A stretch of 64,000 bases of DNA from positions 930,001-994,000 of the forward strand of contig NC_058383.1 of the NCBI RefSeq assembly GCF_018350175.1, given 5' to 3'. A program made the position numbers and the translations under genes. The notes under the pieces are model-generated. The model saw only the letters and a program-made list of their open reading frames with translations, was not told the origin of the DNA and made no database searches. Below are positions 62,096 through 64,000 of the stretch, piece by piece; position 1 is the stretch's first letter; the number at the start of each line of letters is the position of its first letter. Source of the stretch: Felis catus (taxonomy: Eukaryota).

Positions 62096-64000
62096 GGGGC
62101 AGCCCTCCCGCTGAGCTAACCGGGCAGCCGCCCTGCGGTCATTAACCTGTGGAGGGTTCCTCCGGTGTCCTGCGGGGAGGGGGAGGGGGAGGGGGTGAGA
62201 GGGAAAGGAGGCTGACGGCTGACCGTGCTTATAGCTTCCCTCCTCTTTGTGATTACACAATTTTTAGTAAGTTCTGGAACTACGTCTGAGTGCAGTTATC
62301 AAGTCTGTTGCCGACTGTCTCGGACACTTGCTGAAAACGCGACTCCCCTGGGTATGGAAAGGCTCCCGCAAAACTTCCTAGGAAGGCAGCGGCCCCCAGC
62401 CTTTGAACACCCACCTGCTCTGCGGGCAGCAAGTGCTGCCAGGACACCTCAGCTCTGGTCCCGAGGCTGGGCCTCGTCTCTTGGGGGGAGCCTGCGGGAG
62501 CCTGCGCATGTGATGTCCCCTCACCGGAGAGGCCCTCCTCTGAGATCTCCCAGCTTTAAGCTGAGCAGCCAGCAGAGCGGGAGGCTGGAAGCCGGTTGCA
62601 CAGACCTCTGCAAACACAAGAGTAGGACTAAAATGGCTCTGACCCTGTTCCCAGGCTGCTCATGCACGGTGACCAGATCCTCCACTGTCCCCACCGGGTC
62701 TAGCTGGGGCACGGCTGGGAGCGAACAGAGGCGCTATTAATAATTACGCACAGCGTACGGCCACCGTCCGTGGCCCGCGGCAGAGCTCCTAAAGGAACTG
62801 CTGTGGGGCCCGGCTCTCCAGACCAGAACCTCTGCTCTCTCCCCGAACGAAGCAGGCCTCTCGACACCTAGCTTCTAAAAACTGGAGCTCGTATTTGGGG
62901 AGTGCTTACCAGGCCCCTCGACACAGGAAGCTGGGCCAGAGCGGAAAGCCCGTGGCCCGGGGCCACACGCCGCTCTCTGACCATGGGGTGTCCTGCCTCT
63001 CCAGTCAGGATGGAAACCTCCAGGGGATAGAGGGACGCGGCTCGAGGCCAGAGGCCAGCACGTAACTGTCAGCGTTGACCTGGCGTTCCCGCAAGTCAGA
63101 GCGCATGGTAGGTTGATGGAAGCCAAGGTACGTCCACCTGATGTGGGTCATGTGGGCTGTGGAGACTGACTGTACCTATTACATAGCGAGAAAGTGACAT
63201 CCTTGCCGAGATCGCTGTTGGGAAATCCGCTTGTTTGATTTACAGGTGGGAAGAGGGCCGTGCTGCCTCCGGGGCTGGGGGAGGGGGTCCTGGGGCTGCT
63301 GCACCCGTCCACGGCCCTAGGATGTCATTTGGAATCCTGAGAAAACAGCTGCCACCTGGCCCTTAAGGAGCCAACCACATAGCAGGGCCACGTCTTGGGG
63401 GCTGCTAGCAGGGGGGTGGGGGGCGAGCTCCTCCACGTTCGTGCGCGTGACAAAACCATGCTCCTTCTTCCTTAAACAGTGTTTCCTGGTTATTTCCTCT
63501 TGCTTGCTGCTGGCTCAAAGCCTAAAGCCACTTGTATAACTGGGCAGCCTCAGGCCGCGTGTGCCCACGGGGGTCTCAGGCCTGGGACCCAAATTACCAC
63601 CTGGGCATCAGTCCTCAGTCTAGATAAGAAAAAGGCTGGTTTTCCCTCTAACTGGAGATGCCAAGACACAGCCCCACTGGGGAGCAGAGTCCTGTCCCCT
63701 GGGGGCCCCATGTGCAAGCAGAACGTCCTGGAGTAGCAGGACAGGGTGAAATGGGCCAGGTGTCCTGTGTGTCCCCCAGCAGGCCTGGCCTGGCCCCCTT
63801 CCTCCCATACATGCCGGGGGGGGGGGGCGTGCCCAAGGGCTTCCCAGTTTTAATTAGAACCCAGCACACCAGGAAGCAACTCTGAGTACAGACAGCCAGC
63901 TGGTTGCTCCCTCGGAAATGACTGCAGGCGGTGATCAGATGAGGGGCTCTGAGCAACCCCCCCCCCCGCCCCGGGTAAGAGCACACCTAGTTAATGGCTA

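Overview
GC-rich mammalian genomic DNA. The many CAN/SINEC_Fc-type SINEs point to a feliform carnivore, most likely a felid. The gene order matches human 7p22.3: complete COX19 (minus strand, 3 coding exons, 92 aa, GC-AG intron 2); complete CYP2W1 (plus strand, 9 exons, 501 aa); the last three coding exons of C7orf50/CHLSN (minus strand); intronic MIR339; an intronic CpG-island promoter near 52.5 kb; and a CpG-island promoter with a non-coding first exon near 61.7 kb, probably GPR146. The rest is SINEs, MLT1 LTRs, old L1 fragments, a Tigger2-type MITE and simple or tandem repeats. The most unusual structure is a ~545-bp, ~97% identical inverted duplication of CYP2W1 exon 1 and proximal intron 1 (18767-19309 vs 22353-22904). 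Its 3.04-kb spacer holds the CYP2W1 TATA box, ATG and signal-anchor codons, so it is a potentially invertible promoter/N-terminus cassette. An alternative in-frame ATG sits at the other end of the spacer. Gene and repeat names come from recalled sequence knowledge, not database searches. Most ORFs in the supplied track are GC-rich artefacts.
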